Of a stretch of 64,000 nucleotides of DNA, positions 11,623 to 22,385 are shown piece by piece. Position 1 is the stretch's first letter; each line of letters starts with the position of its first letter. The translations under genes were made by a program, and so were the position numbers. The stretch is taken from the NCBI GenBank assembly GCA_965220085.1, contig CBDCOZ010000001.1:1-64000 (forward strand), given 5' to 3'. Below the pieces are notes generated by a model. It was not told where the DNA came from. It did no database searches and worked only from the letters and a program-made list of their open reading frames with translations. This stretch comes from Candidatus Oxydemutatoraceae bacterium (GTDB taxonomy: Bacteria; Pseudomonadota; Gammaproteobacteria; Poriferisulfidales; Oxydemutatoraceae).

Positions 11623-11794
11623 ATTAACCGCTGGCAGCCAAACCCCTCGCTTACCGTTTTGCCACATAGAGCGGTCATCTTATCAAGGGAATATTTTTGA
11701 CATTCATCCGCTTGGTTTAGAATTGCCCTCCGCCGTGCTCGCCGCGCTTGCGGGCTTCGCCCTCAGCTTGCCGCCGTCCCGCGAGGGGAAGTGT

Positions 11795-11885
11795 CATTTA
11801 TCCCCCGCAAGGCGGGGGATTATGTGGATCAGTCTGGGATAAATGCTGGTACGGCACTTATCCCCCGCAAGCAGGGGCATAATGC
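11795..11885 (-). CRISPR. CRISPR-like repeat-spacer-repeat unit (60-bp period) beside a REP-like element
   Basis: CATTTATCCCCCGCAAGGCGGGGGATTATG and CACTTATCCCCCGCAAGCAGGGGCATAATG separated by unique sequence; rc resembles the 32-kb repeat. Confidence 0.4.
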
Positions 11886-11967
11886 GGTGCTACAAGGACG
11901 ATTATACGGGGCTGGCGGCGCTTGCTGTATAATAGCCCGCCGTCATAAAATTAGGGTGGCACAAAGC

Positions 11968-13755
11968 ATGGTCGGAAGCACAAACAGTTTATCCCTCAGC
12001 AAGGAGCTCATCGCAAAGGGCAGAGAACGCGGGTTCTTGACCTATGCGGAGATTAACGATTACCTGCCGCAGGACATTTCCGATCCGGAACAGATCGAGA
12101 ACATCATCACCATCATCAGCGATGTCGGCATCAAGGTGTTGGAGCGCCCGCCCGAAGACGATTTGCTTCTGAACGATGAGACCCGCCCCGACGAGAGCGA
12201 CACCGACGAAGTCGCGGCGGCGCTGTCCAATGTCAAAGACCTTGAGCGGACGACGGATCCGGTGCGCATGTATATGCGCGAGATGGGGACGGTCTCGTTG
12301 CTCACTCGCGAGGGGGAGATTGTTATCGCCAAGCGCATAGAGGAGGGCGATGAGGAAGCGATACGCACGCTCGGCATGTTCCCCCCGGCAGTCCATGCGT
12401 TGGTTGAGTTGTATAAGCACCGCAGAGAAGAGAACTTAAAGATTGGCGATATCATCCTTGGGTTCTGGCAGGAGTATGAGTGGGACGGAAAGGCTGAGAG
12501 CAAGGAAGATTTGCAAGCCCTCAATGCCAAGGCCAAGCAAGAGGAGTTTGATGAGAGAGAAGTGGACGCATATTTTGCCCAACTCGGCAAGCTCTGCCGG
12601 AAGTCGCAATCGGATGCCGGTCGCAAGAACAAGGAGACCTATCTGCGGGTGCGCACGCGCATGTCCGAGATGCTCATGGAGGTCAAGCTGTCCGCGCTGT
12701 CTGTGGAGGTAATGGTCGACGAATTGAAGGCTTGCATGAAGACCATCCAGAACATTGAGAAGAATCTGATTACGCTTTTGTGCGTCGATGGGAAGATGCC
12801 CCGCGCATATTTCCTCGCCAAGTTTTCGGGCAAGGAAACCAACCGCAGGTGGTTTGCCACGCATACGCGCCGCGGCGTCAGATATGCGCGTGTGCTCAAG
12901 CCGCGCAAAGAATCTTTTATGCGGTGGCAAAACAAATTGATTATGCTGGAGAAGACGCACTGCCTCAGCATCACCGCCCTGAAAGAGTTGTACCGGGCTC
13001 TGGTCACCGGCGAGGCAAAGGCCGCGCGCGCCAAGAAAGACATGATAGAAGCGAACCTGCGCTTGGTCATTTCCATCGCCAAGAAATACACCAACCGCGG
13101 GTTGCAATTTCTGGATTTGATACAGGAAGGCAATGTCGGTTTGATGAAGGCGGTGGACAAGTTTGAGTATCGCCGCGGCTACAAGTTCTCGACCTACGCG
13201 ACGTGGTGGATTCGCCAGGCGATTACGCGCTCCATCGCCGATCAAGCGCGGACGATTCGCATTCCGGTGCACATGATTGAGACGATAAACAAGTTCAACC
13301 GGGTGACCCGCCGCATGGTGCAGGAGATAGGCCGCGAGCCCAAGCCCGAAGAGCTGGCCGAGCGGCTTGAGATGCCCGCCGACAAGGTGCGCAGGGTGCT
13401 CAAGGTCACCAAGGAGCCGATCTCGCTGGAGACGCCGGTCGGCGACGACGATGATTTGCAGATCAGCCATTTCATAAAAGACGAGAACACCATCGCGCCC
13501 GATGACGCGACCTCTTCCGATGCGCTCAAAGAAACGCTGCGCGAGTTGCTCGTCGGCCTGACGGCGCGCGAGGCGCAAGTGTTGCGGATGCGGTTTGGCA
13601 TAGACATGAACACCGACTATACTCTGGAAGAGGTCGGAAGGCAGTTTGATGTGACCCGCGAGAGGATACGTCAGATTGAAGCAAAAGCATTGCGCAAGTT
13701 GCGCCACCCGTCTCGTGTCGGCATGTTGCGCGGCTTTCTTGATGAGACAGAGTAA
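11968..13755 (+). CDS. rpoD: RNA polymerase sigma-70 factor
   Basis: Region 1.1 [81 protein letters not shown]. Confidence 0.98.
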   Translation: MVGSTNSLSLSKELIAKGRERGFLTYAEINDYLPQDISDPEQIENIITIISDVGIKVLERPPEDDLLLNDETRPDESDTDEVAAALSNVKDLERTTDPVRMYMREMGTVSLLTREGEIVIAKRIEEGDEEAIRTLGMFPPAVHALVELYKHRREENLKIGDIILGFWQEYEWDGKAESKEDLQALNAKAKQEEFDEREVDAYFAQLGKLCRKSQSDAGRKNKETYLRVRTRMSEMLMEVKLSALSVEVMVDELKACMKTIQNIEKNLITLLCVDGKMPRAYFLAKFSGKETNRRWFATHTRRGVRYARVLKPRKESFMRWQNKLIMLEKTHCLSITALKELYRALVTGEAKAARAKKDMIEANLRLVISIAKKYTNRGLQFLDLIQEGNVGLMKAVDKFEYRRGYKFSTYATWWIRQAITRSIADQARTIRIPVHMIETINKFNRVTRRMVQEIGREPKPEELAERLEMPADKVRRVLKVTKEPISLETPVGDDDDLQISHFIKDENTIAPDDATSSDALKETLRELLVGLTAREAQVLRMRFGIDMNTDYTLEEVGRQFDVTRERIRQIEAKALRKLRHPSRVGMLRGFLDETE

Positions 13756-13795
13756 GCCGCCTCATCGGGGCGGCGAACACACTCGCGGTGCGGCG

Positions 13796-13871
13796 GGGCC
13801 TGTAGCTCAGTCGGTAGAGCAGGGGACTCATAATCCTTTGGTCGCAGGTTCGAGTCCTGCCGGGCCCACCA
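13796..13871 (+). tRNA. ileX: tRNA with CAT anticodon, most likely tRNA-Ile2 (lysidine)
   Basis: 76 nt GGGCCTGTAGCTCAG...CTCATAA...GTTCGAGTC...GGGCCCACCA; G1-C72 pair and position after rpoD fit Ile2. Confidence 0.9.
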
Positions 13872-13898
13872 ATCTTTTCTAACGCGCTCCCCGACATC

Positions 13899-14753
13899 GT
13901 GGGCTTATTTCTCACCCTCGTTTCCCGTCTGCCGTTGCCGTTGCTGTATGCCGGCGCATGGTTGCTGTCCCTGCCGCTCTTTTATCTTTTGCGCTATCGC
14001 CGAAGGGAGGCGCGGGATAATCTGCGCCGCGCGTTTCCCGATTGGACGGAGGCGCAGGTCGCGCGCGCCTGTCGGCTGACATACTTTCGCCTCGCCGAGG
14101 TTCTGGCGGAGACGATAAAATTGCAAGCGCTGTCGGCGGAAGCGATCAAAAAGCGTGTGCGCTTAATCGGCGCCGATCGGCTCGGCTGGGACAAGCGGAC
14201 TCCGATCATCATTGTCGGCGCGCATCAGGGCAATTGGGAGTGGCTCTTCCAGCGGCTTGTGTTGCAGAGCCCGCATAATGCGTACGGCATCTATAAGCCG
14301 TTGCACAACCGCGTCGCCGACCGCTTCATCAAAAAAGTGCGCGCGCGTTTTGGCGTTGAGATGGTGGCGTATCGCGACTTCGGGCGGCACGCTGCCCGCC
14401 GCCGACAGGACAGTTGCATCATGATGGGCGACCAGTCGCCGTCTTCGCACAAGGGAATCGTTTGGGTGCGGTTCTTTGGTCGGCAGACCGCTTTTTATAG
14501 CGGTCTTGCGCGCTTGTCGGCGATGTTCCAATTGCCGGTGTTTTATGTCTCGCTCAAGCGGGTGCGGCGCGGCGTTTATCAGGCGGAGTTTGAATCGCTT
14601 GGCGTGGCGGGCAAAGGCGAGGAGGAAGCGTTCACGCAGTTGTATGCGAGCAAGATTGAGGCGGCGGTGTCGGCCTACCCAGAAGGGTGGTTGTGGACGC
14701 ACAGACGGTGGAAGCGTTCGCCGCCGCAGCCCGCAACGCGCGCCGGCTTGTAA
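13899..14753 (+). CDS. lipid A lauroyl/myristoyl acyltransferase (LpxL/HtrB family)
   Basis: N-terminal TM, HQGNWE, YKPLHN, DQ, FFG, WLWTHRRWK. Confidence 0.85.
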   Translation: MGLFLTLVSRLPLPLLYAGAWLLSLPLFYLLRYRRREARDNLRRAFPDWTEAQVARACRLTYFRLAEVLAETIKLQALSAEAIKKRVRLIGADRLGWDKRTPIIIVGAHQGNWEWLFQRLVLQSPHNAYGIYKPLHNRVADRFIKKVRARFGVEMVAYRDFGRHAARRRQDSCIMMGDQSPSSHKGIVWVRFFGRQTAFYSGLARLSAMFQLPVFYVSLKRVRRGVYQAEFESLGVAGKGEEEAFTQLYASKIEAAVSAYPEGWLWTHRRWKRSPPQPATRAGL

Positions 14754-15957
14754 GCGAGTGCTGCAGTTGGGTACGGTAGCGGAAGCGCTCGCCGCTGTAG
14801 CCCGCAACGGGCGCGCACTTTTATTTGATTCGTTTCAAAACACCGTCAAGGATGTCGAGGTCGTTGTAGTGGATGATGAGTTTGCCCTTGCCGGAGCGCT
14901 GGTGTTTGATCGTCACGGCGGTGCCGACTTTTTCCGACAGTTCCTGCTGAAGCTGTTTGATTTCGGCGGGCATCTTTTGTCCGGCCTGCTTGCCGCGACC
15001 CTTGCCATCCGCGCACTTTTTTGATGAAGCGGTCGGCGGCGCGGAGTTTATCAGGCGGAGTTTGAATCGCTTGGCGTGGCGGGCAAAAGCGAGGAGGAAG
15101 CATTCGCGCAGTTGTATGCGAGCAAGATTGAGGCGGCGGTGTCGGCCTGCCCCGAGGGGTGGTTGTGGACGCACAGACGGTGGAAGCGCTCGCCGCCGCA
15201 GCCCGCAACAGGCGCCGGCTTGTAAGCGAGTGCTGCAGTTGGGTACGGTAGCGGAAGCGCTCGCCGCTGTAGCCCGCAACGAGCGCCGGCTTGTAAGCGA
15301 GTGCTGCAGTTGGGTACGGTAGCGGAAGCGCTCGCCGCTGTAGCCCGCAACGCGCGCGCACTTTTATTTGATTCGTTTCAAAACACCGTCAAGGATGTCG
15401 AGGTCGTTGTAGTGGATGATGAGTTTGCCCTTGCCGGAGCGTTGGTGTTGAATCGTCACGGCGGTGCCGACTTTTTCCGACAGTTCTTGTTGCAGTTGTT
15501 TGATCTCGGCGGGCATCTTTTGTCCGGCCTGCTTGCCGCGACCCTTGCCATCCGCGCACTTTTTTAATCAAGCGGGTGCGGCGCGGAGTTTATCAGGCGG
15601 AGTTTGAATCGCTTGGCGTGGCGGGCAAAAGCGAGGAGGAAGCATTCGCGCAGTTGTATGCGAGCAAGATTGAGGCGGCGGTGTCGGCCTGCCCCGAGGG
15701 GTGGTTGTGGACGCACAGACGGTGGAAGCGTTCGCCGCCGTAGCCCGCAACAGGCGCGCACTTTTATTTGATTCGTTTCAAAACACCGTCGAGGATGTCG
15801 AGGTCGTTGTAGTGGATGATGAGTTTGCCCTTGCCGGAGCGTTGGTGTTGAATCGTCACGGCGGTGCCGACTTTTTCCGACAGTTCCTGCTGAAGCTGTT
15901 TGATTTCGGCGGGCATCTTTTGTCCGGCCTGCTTGCCGCGACCCTTGCCATCCGCGC
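14555..15957. repeat. complex tandem amplification of the convergent lpxL-like/parB 3' ends
   Basis: parB 3' ~194 bp at 14821, 15364, 15764; acyltransferase 3' ~190 bp at ~14560, 15040, 15568; linker repeated three times. Confidence 0.9.
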
Positions 15958-16648
15958 CTAGCAGTCGGGCGACATAGTCTTCGGTCTCGCGCACGGTCAT
16001 CTCCCGTTGTATCACAAGCAGTGCGACGCTCGGCTGAGTCTCTGTATCAAGGCCGAGCAACGCGCGCGCGTGCCCCATCTCAAGTTTGCCGTCTGCCAGC
16101 AGGTCGCGCACTTGGGGCGCGAGTTTGAGCAGGCGCAGAATATTGGTAATCGCCGCGCGCGAGCGACCGAGTGTCTGCGCCAGCGCATCGTGGGTGAGGT
16201 CAAAGCGCGCGATCAGTTGTTGCATTGCCGTCGCCTCTTCAAGCGGGTTCAAGTCTTCGCGCTGGATGTTTTCTATCAAAGCGCACGCCGCCGCCGCCGC
16301 TTCATCGGTGTCCTTGACGATGGCCGGAACTTCTGTCAGCCCGGCAAGCTGCGCCGCCCGCCAGCGTCTCTCGCCGGCGATGAGTTCAAACCCGTCCGCG
16401 TCTTTTGGTCTGACGACGATCGGTTGTATCAGGCCCTGACTTTTGATGGAATGCGCGAGTTCGGCCAATGCGTCCTCGCCGATCCGCTGGCGCGGTTGGT
16501 GTTTGCTCGGGCGGATATCGCCGAGCGCGATCCGCTCCAGATGCAACTTGCCGTCGGTTCCGGTTTCATCCAGCGCGACCGGCTGGGCGGATGACAGCAG
16601 GGCATCCACGCCTAACGCGCCGAGTCCTCTTCTTTTTTTCTTTGCCAT
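15764..16648 (-). CDS. parB: chromosome partitioning protein ParB
   Basis: RGLGALGVDALL, QPRQ, LIAGERRWRAA, ENIQREDLNPLEEA, HTH. Confidence 0.96.
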   Translation of the reverse strand: MAKKKRRGLGALGVDALLSSAQPVALDETGTDGKLHLERIALGDIRPSKHQPRQRIGEDALAELAHSIKSQGLIQPIVVRPKDADGFELIAGERRWRAAQLAGLTEVPAIVKDTDEAAAAACALIENIQREDLNPLEEATAMQQLIARFDLTHDALAQTLGRSRAAITNILRLLKLAPQVRDLLADGKLEMGHARALLGLDTETQPSVALLVIQREMTVRETEDYVARLLGADGKGRGKQAGQKMPAEIKQLQQELSEKVGTAVTIQHQRSGKGKLIIHYNDLDILDGVLKRIK

Positions 16649-16661
16649 AATGTTTATCCTG

Positions 16662-17435
16662 TTATCTGTCGGGTTGCGCGTTGCGGGCGATGATTTCGCC
16701 GGCCAAAGTGAGATAGGCCCGCGACCCGCGCGAGTCTTTGTCATACTGAAGCGCCGGCAGTCCGTGGCTGGGCGCTTCGGCGAGCGTTACATTGCGCGGG
16801 ATGATCGCATCAAACAGTTCTTGCGGGAAGTAATTGTGCAACTGCTTGGATACATCTTGCGCCAAGTTATTGCGCGCATCAAACATAGTCCGCAACACGC
16901 CGGCGACCCGCAACCGCGGATTGGCGGTCTCTTGAATCCGCTTGATCGTTTGCAGCAGCGACGACAGCCCCTCAAGCGCGTAGTACTCGCACTGAATCGG
17001 AATCAGCGCGCCCTCGGCGGCGACCAGCGCGTTGATTGTCAGCGTGTTCAGCGTCGGCGGGCAGTCTATCAATATGTAGTCATAGCGCTCGGCGATGCCA
17101 GTCAGCGCTTGGCGCAACTTCAACTCGCGCCCGTCGTGTTTCATCAGCGCCACTTCGGTAATCGTCAGTTCGGCATCGGAACCGATGACATCGTAGTCGC
17201 CCGCCGGCGAGCGCATGATGCATTGCGCAAGCGGTGTTCCCGTCAGCACATCGGCGACGGAGTACTCCATCTCATTCTTGTTCAAGCCGCTGCCCGTTGT
17301 CGCATTGCCTTGCGGGTCAAAGTCAATCAGCAGCACTTTGCGCTTGGCGGCGGCAAGGGCTGCGGACAGGTTGACGCTGGTTGTCGTTTTGCCGACTCCG
17401 CCTTTTTGATTTGCGATTGCGTAGACTATGCTCAT
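16662..17435 (-). CDS. parA: chromosome partitioning ATPase ParA/Soj
   Basis: NQKGGVGKTTT, DFDPQGNAT, IDCPP, QCEYYALEG, IPRNVTLAEAPSHG. Confidence 0.96.
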   Translation of the reverse strand: MSIVYAIANQKGGVGKTTTSVNLSAALAAAKRKVLLIDFDPQGNATTGSGLNKNEMEYSVADVLTGTPLAQCIMRSPAGDYDVIGSDAELTITEVALMKHDGRELKLRQALTGIAERYDYILIDCPPTLNTLTINALVAAEGALIPIQCEYYALEGLSSLLQTIKRIQETANPRLRVAGVLRTMFDARNNLAQDVSKQLHNYFPQELFDAIIPRNVTLAEAPSHGLPALQYDKDSRGSRAYLTLAGEIIARNAQPDR

Positions 17436-18076
17436 TTTTGAAGTGTGATGCCGACCAGTCTATGGGTGCGGTCTGCGCTCAGAAAATCCAGATTTTCAAC
17501 CCGCCAGTTTATACCGTTTTGCCGGTTTTGCGGCAGCGCGGGAGTTTTCTGCGCCGCCCGTCGGCTTTTATACGCCAGCCACAGCGTGGCATCATGGGCG
17601 AGATGGCGCGAAGCGGCGACGAATGTCTCCGGCGTTCCCAGCGCCCGCCCGATGATCGTGTCAAACGGTTTTGCCGGGCGCAACGCCTCCGCCCGCGAGC
17701 GGATGACCGACACATTTTTAAGGTCAAGGCGCAACCGGCAGTGTTCCATGAAGCGCGCTTTCTTGCCGTTGCTGTCGACCAGCGTGAAGTGTTTGTCGCG
17801 GCAGTATATCGCAAGCGGCGCGCCCGGTATGCCGGCGCCGCTGCCGACATCCAGAATGTTTTGTCCGCGCAGGTGTTTCGCCGCCGCCAGACTGTCGAGT
17901 ATCAGGTTTTGCACGATCGCCTCGTCGGCGCGGATTGCCGTCAGGTTGTAGCGCCGGTTCCACTTAACGAGCAGCGCGAGCCATTCGCGCGCCAGTGTGT
18001 GCCGGTCATCGCCAGCCGCCAGCCCGAGTGCGGCGACCCCCCTGCGCAACTGTTCCGGCAGTTCCTGTCCCTCCAT
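17432..18076 (-). CDS. rsmG: 16S rRNA m7G527 methyltransferase
   Basis: KWNRRYNLTAIR, LDVGSGAGIPG, DSNGKKARF; synteny mnmG-rsmG-parAB. Confidence 0.93.
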   Translation of the reverse strand: MEGQELPEQLRRGVAALGLAAGDDRHTLAREWLALLVKWNRRYNLTAIRADEAIVQNLILDSLAAAKHLRGQNILDVGSGAGIPGAPLAIYCRDKHFTLVDSNGKKARFMEHCRLRLDLKNVSVIRSRAEALRPAKPFDTIIGRALGTPETFVAASRHLAHDATLWLAYKSRRAAQKTPALPQNRQNGINWRVENLDFLSADRTHRLVGITLQK

Positions 18077-18085
18077 TGTGCGGTA

Positions 18086-18571
18086 TCAGCGCGCGGCCTC
18101 TTGGCTGATGTCGCGCAAGACCGCGCGCATCCTTTCAAACAGCGCCCGATGCTTGCCGTCTTTGGTGTGGCGCTTTTCCAGAAAGGACGGCGCGGTGTAA
18201 CTGATCCACACCAAACCGGACTTGTCTTCCCAGATCAGCAACTTCAGCGGCAGGTCAAGGCCAATCAGGCGGTTCTTTCGCAGCAACACGGTGCCGACCT
18301 TGGGGTTGCCAAAGACAAGCAACTTGGTCGGCGGCAAAGCCATCGCAACCCCCTTGGCGTTGTCGGCGTGGTCGATGACGCCAAACACACGGAACTCGTG
18401 GTGTTCCAGAATGCGCTTGGCGCGTTCGGCGGTGGTGTCCACACTGTGGCGACTTTTGATGTGCATCGTGCCTTGCGAGGCGGGCTTCTTGATGGCATCT
18501 GCCAGGCCATCGCTCGCCAACGCTGCGAGCAAGAACAGCCATGCGAGTTTAGCCGGCGCGTACTTTTGCAT
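18086..18571 (-). CDS. DUF302 domain exported protein
   Basis: Signal peptide; VFGVIDHA, LLVFGNPKVGT, GLDLPLKLLIWED. Confidence 0.85.
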   Translation of the reverse strand: MQKYAPAKLAWLFLLAALASDGLADAIKKPASQGTMHIKSRHSVDTTAERAKRILEHHEFRVFGVIDHADNAKGVAMALPPTKLLVFGNPKVGTVLLRKNRLIGLDLPLKLLIWEDKSGLVWISYTAPSFLEKRHTKDGKHRALFERMRAVLRDISQEAAR

Positions 18572-19225
18572 GGTGCGATTTAATGTGCGGTTGCAACAGG
18601 CTCAGAGCGCGCGGCGTGATGCCCTGTATGCGCCCGGCCTGACCGAGCGTCGCCGGTTTGAACCGCAGCAGTTTGCCGCGCAACTCTTCGGACAAGCCGC
18701 TGATGTTGGCGCAGTCAAAATCCTGCGAGGCGGGCTTCTTGATGGCATCTGCCAGGCCATCGCTCGCCAACGCTGCGAGCAAGAACAGCCATGCGAGTTT
18801 AGCCGGCGCGTACTTTTGCATGGTGCGATTTAATGTGCGGTTGCAACAGGCTCAGAGCGCGCGGCGTGATGCCCTGTATGCGCCCGGCCTGACCGAGCGT
18901 CGCCGGTTTGAACCGCAGCAGTTTGCCGCGCAACTCTTCGGACAAGCCGCTGATGTTGGCGCAGTCAAAATCCTGCGAGGCGGGCTTCTTGATGGCGTCC
19001 GCCATGCCGTTGCTCGCGAGCGCCGCGCGCGCGAACAGCCATGCGAGTTTAGCCGGCGCGTACTTTTGCATGGTGCGATTTAATGTGCAGTTGCAACAGG
19101 CTCAGAGCGCACGGTGTGATGCCCTGTATGCGCCCGGCCTGACCGAGCGTCGCCGGTTTGAACCGCAGCAGTTTGCCGCGCAACTCTTCGGACAAGCCGC
19201 TGATGTTGGCGTAGTCAAAGTCCTG
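18473..19225 (-). repeat. 250-bp tandem repeat of the mnmG 3' end / DUF302 5' end junction
   Basis: Period exactly 250 bp; yields two 90-aa chimeric ORFs (18549-18821, 18799-19071). Confidence 0.92.
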
Positions 19226-20920
19226 CGGGATGGCCGTTTGCTCGGCGTCCGCCATGCGCCGAATTTCCTGTTCCTGACGCGGCAGGTAGCCGGCGTAAGC
19301 GGCGGTCGCCTCCAGTTGCTCTATCGCTTGCTCATCGCTTAGCGGGTCGGGCAGTTGCGCAAGGGCTGCGATGTCGGCGTAGCGAATGCCCGGCCGGCGC
19401 AACAGCTCGGTCGCGGCGCACGTGTTTTTCAGATTGATGTCGCGAGCGCTTGCATCTTGCGGCGTGATCTTCAGTGCGGCGAGCCGCGCCTGCTCCTTTT
19501 CAATCCGCTCCATCTTGTTATTGAACAATCGCCAGCGGCGGTCGTCAACGAGGCCGAGCTCGCGCCCTTTCGGCGTCAAGCGGGCGTCGGCATTGTCGTG
19601 GCGCAACAGCATCCGGTACTCGGCGCGGCTGGTGAACATTCGGTACGGCTCGGTCGTCCCGCGCGTGACTAAGTCATCTATCAGCACACCGATGTAGGCC
19701 TCATCGCGACGCGGGTACCACGGCGCCAGCCCGCGCACCGTTCGTCCGGCGTTAAGACCGGCAATCAAGCCCTGTGCTGCGGCCTCCTCATAGCCTGTCG
19801 TGCCGTTGATCTGACCGGCGAAGAACAGGCCTTTGACTGCCCGCGTTTCCAGCCACGGGCGCAGGCCGCGCGGCTCGAAGTAATCGTATTCAATCGCATA
19901 GCCCGGGCGCGTGATGTGGGCGTTCTCAAACCCCTTGACGGATTGCACCATCGCAAGCTGTGTTGCGAACGGCAGACTGGTTGAGATGCCGTTCGGGTAG
20001 ACCTCATCGGTGTTCAAACCTTCCGGCTCTATGAATATCTGGTGCGAGCTCTTATCGGCGAACTGCGTGACCTTGTCTTCTATCGACGGGCAGTAGCGCG
20101 GGCCGACCGATTCTATCGCGCCGTTGAACATGGGCGACTGATGCAGCGCCTCGCGGATGATCGTGTGCGTCTTTTCATTGGTGCGCGCGATGTGGCACAG
20201 CCGTTGCTCGGGGTGTTGGTCGCGGTTGCCGATGAACGAGAAGACCGGGCGCGGGGAGTCGCCGGGCTGTGTCGCAAAGCGCGCGTAATCAAGCGTCGCC
20301 CCGTCGATGCGCGGCGGCGTGCCCGTTTTGAGCCGCCCGACATTCGGCATCAACTCGCGCAACCGCGCGGCCAGCGCAATAGTCGGCGCATCGCCCGCGC
20401 GCCCGCCGCCGTGATTGTTCGCGCCGATGTGAATGCGCCCGCCGAGAAAGGTGCCGGTCGTCAGCACGACGGTTTGCGCTTTGAAGGTCAGCCCCATGCC
20501 GGTTTTGACGCCGCATACGCGGTCGTTCTCAATGATGAGATCGTCTGCCGCCTGCTGGAACAGCATCAGGTTCGCTTGCCGCTCGACCAGCCGGCGCACC
20601 GCATTGCGGTAGAGCGCGCGGTCGGTCTGCGCGCGGGTTGCCCGCACCGCAGGCCCCTTGCGCGAGTTGAGCACGCGAAAGTGAATGCCCGCGCAATCCG
20701 CCGCCTGCGCCATGATGCCGCCCAGCGCGTCGATCTCGCGCACGAGATGGCTCTTGCCGATGCCGCCGATGGCCGGGTTGCAACTCATCTGCCCGACAGT
20801 CTCTATGCTGTGCGTCAGCAACAACGTGTGCGCGCCGGTGCGCGCCGCCGCCAGCGCCGCCTCGGTACCGGCGTGCCCGCCGCCGACGACGATCACCTCA
20901 AATTCTTGCTGATTAGCCAT
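19049..20920 (-). CDS. mnmG: tRNA uridine 5-carboxymethylaminomethyl modification enzyme
   Basis: [58 protein letters not shown]. Confidence 0.98.
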   Translation of the reverse strand: MANQQEFEVIVVGGGHAGTEAALAAARTGAHTLLLTHSIETVGQMSCNPAIGGIGKSHLVREIDALGGIMAQAADCAGIHFRVLNSRKGPAVRATRAQTDRALYRNAVRRLVERQANLMLFQQAADDLIIENDRVCGVKTGMGLTFKAQTVVLTTGTFLGGRIHIGANNHGGGRAGDAPTIALAARLRELMPNVGRLKTGTPPRIDGATLDYARFATQPGDSPRPVFSFIGNRDQHPEQRLCHIARTNEKTHTIIREALHQSPMFNGAIESVGPRYCPSIEDKVTQFADKSSHQIFIEPEGLNTDEVYPNGISTSLPFATQLAMVQSVKGFENAHITRPGYAIEYDYFEPRGLRPWLETRAVKGLFFAGQINGTTGYEEAAAQGLIAGLNAGRTVRGLAPWYPRRDEAYIGVLIDDLVTRGTTEPYRMFTSRAEYRMLLRHDNADARLTPKGRELGLVDDRRWRLFNNKMERIEKEQARLAALKITPQDASARDINLKNTCAATELLRRPGIRYADIAALAQLPDPLSDEQAIEQLEATAAYAGYLPRQEQEIRRMADAEQTAIPQDFDYANISGLSEELRGKLLRFKPATLGQAGRIQGITPCALSLLQLHIKSHHAKVRAG

Positions 20921-20954
20921 GCCGCACATTCTACCACTCCCCCGCGCGCTCACT

Positions 20955-21125
20955 ATACTCTTCCCCTTGCGGGAGAGTCGGCGAGCGTAGCAAGCCGGAG
21001 AGGGGGAAAGCTCCCACCTTGCGCCATGCGTCGCTCTCCCCTTGCGGGCGGCAACTCGCGGCAGGCAAGCCGAAGGTGGCGTCGGGCTCTGCGCGCTCCC
21101 CTTGCGGGGATTGCTCGCACTCAGT
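20955..21125. repeat. REP/MITE-like palindromic repeat cluster
   Basis: CTTCCCCTTGCGGGAGAGTCGGCGAGCGTAGCAAGCCGGAGAGGGGG plus partial copies; same family at 26380, 26960, 28660, 30089, 30325, 32220, 40010, 40086, 42500, 58165. Confidence 0.8.
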
Positions 21126-21322
21126 GTGGCGACAACTCATCCTTCAGGCCACCCCGCCTTCTCAATAGAAACCCGACCGACCACGCTATGGACTGGGACA
21201 TCAAACACCTATGGCACAAATTGCAAAATATTTGCCCAAAGTTTCCAATATGTGCTGGCACCATACAGCTGTGCGCCCGTTGTGCTAGAATACAACTCAT
21301 TAACCACGCAAGGAGTCAGACC

Positions 21323-21565
21323 ATGCAAAAGAATGAGGGCGAGCGCAAGTTCATAGCGATTATCCACGAGGCGGAGGAGGGCGGCTACTGGGCCGAGGTG
21401 CCTGCCCTGCCCGGTTGCGTCTCAGAGGGAGACACCATGGCCGAGGTCAAGGCTAACATCAAAGAGGCGGCAGAGGGCTGGCTGGAGGTGCGCACAGAGC
21501 TGGAGGAACAAGCCAAAGCGCAAGCGCTGTCGCGCAATGCCATCCCCATCGAAATAGCGCTTTAG
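21323..21565 (+). CDS. hicB: HicB-family antitoxin
   Basis: EEGGYWAEVPALPGCVSEGDTMAEVKANIKEA; RBS AAGGAG. Confidence 0.9.
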   Translation: MQKNEGERKFIAIIHEAEEGGYWAEVPALPGCVSEGDTMAEVKANIKEAAEGWLEVRTELEEQAKAQALSRNAIPIEIAL

Positions 21566-21571
21566 CATCGG

Positions 21572-21769
21572 ATGCCGATATCTGGCCGCAGGTTTTGCCG
21601 CCTGCTTGAACAAAATGGCTGGACGCTGATGAGGATAAAGGGCAGCCACCACATCTACGCCAAAGATGGCTTTGCGGATCTGGCGTCTGTTCCCGTTCAC
21701 GGCAACAAGCCGCTGAGGAAGGGCACCCTTGCCACCCTGACACGGCTGACCGGGGTCAAGGCCAAATGA
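21572..21769 (+). CDS. hicA: HicA-family mRNA interferase toxin
   Basis: LEQNGWTLMRIKGSHHIY...VPVHGNKPLRKGTL. Confidence 0.9.
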   Translation: MPISGRRFCRLLEQNGWTLMRIKGSHHIYAKDGFADLASVPVHGNKPLRKGTLATLTRLTGVKAK

Positions 21770-21782
21770 TGGCGGGTGTTGC

Positions 21783-21980
21783 ATGAATGCTGTTGAGATA
21801 GAGCAGGCGGTCACGGAGCTGGCCGGGCGGCCGTTTGATGGCGGGGAGTTTCCCTTTGCGTTTCTGGAGGCGTTTGGCAACAAGGCCACCACCATCAAGC
21901 GGCTGCGCAAGGGCGACTCCAACAGGTCCGATGTCGGCGGCCTGTTGCAGACCAGCAACATACACATCAAGGTCTGCGCC
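21783..21980 (+). pseudogene. N-terminal fragment of MmeI/YeeA-like type IIL R-M protein
   Basis: MNAVEIEQAVTELA..FDGGEFPFAFLEAFGNKATTIKRL; truncated after ~65 aa. Confidence 0.7.
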
Positions 21981-22385
21981 GCTATCTGTTCACGGCCGTA
22001 GATTTGTATAGCCGGTTTGGTTTTGCTATCGGCGTCCCTCGTGGTAACAGTATCGTTGCCGAGTTCTTTATCAGGCTGGTGATGCAAGTCTTCCCCGCCA
22101 AGATAGACCCAGCGCTCACCGACAACGGCTCTGAGTTCTGCGGTGCGTTTGGGCGCTACCCGCAAGAATAGGGTATCCGCCACTGCCACACCTACCCCCG
22201 ATGCCCGAAGATGAACGCATTCAATGAACGCTTTAACCGCGCGATTCGGGAAGAGCTTGTGGAACTTGAAGAGGGTTTGTTGCGACCGACATGCGGATAT
22301 TTCATAATCGTCGGATAAAGTATCTGTTATGGTTTGATACCTAACGACTACATTACGGACTGAGGCTTCAAGCACCCATGACACA
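21978..22385 (+). mobile_element. integrase-core (rve) transposase fragment, IS481-like, frameshifted
   Basis: FTAVDLYSRF...LTDNGSEF; next frame HTYPRCPKMNAFNERFNRAIREE. Confidence 0.75.

Noticed and set aside
14555-19225. DGR-like adenine-specific mutagenesis in duplicated gene ends (several TAC-to-TGC changes)
   Set aside because: G-to-A and other changes also occur, counts are small, and no reverse transcriptase gene is present.
20920-21400. oriC expected near mnmG
   Set aside because: No cluster of DnaA boxes or AT-rich unwinding element seen; only one imperfect TTATCCACG inside hicB.
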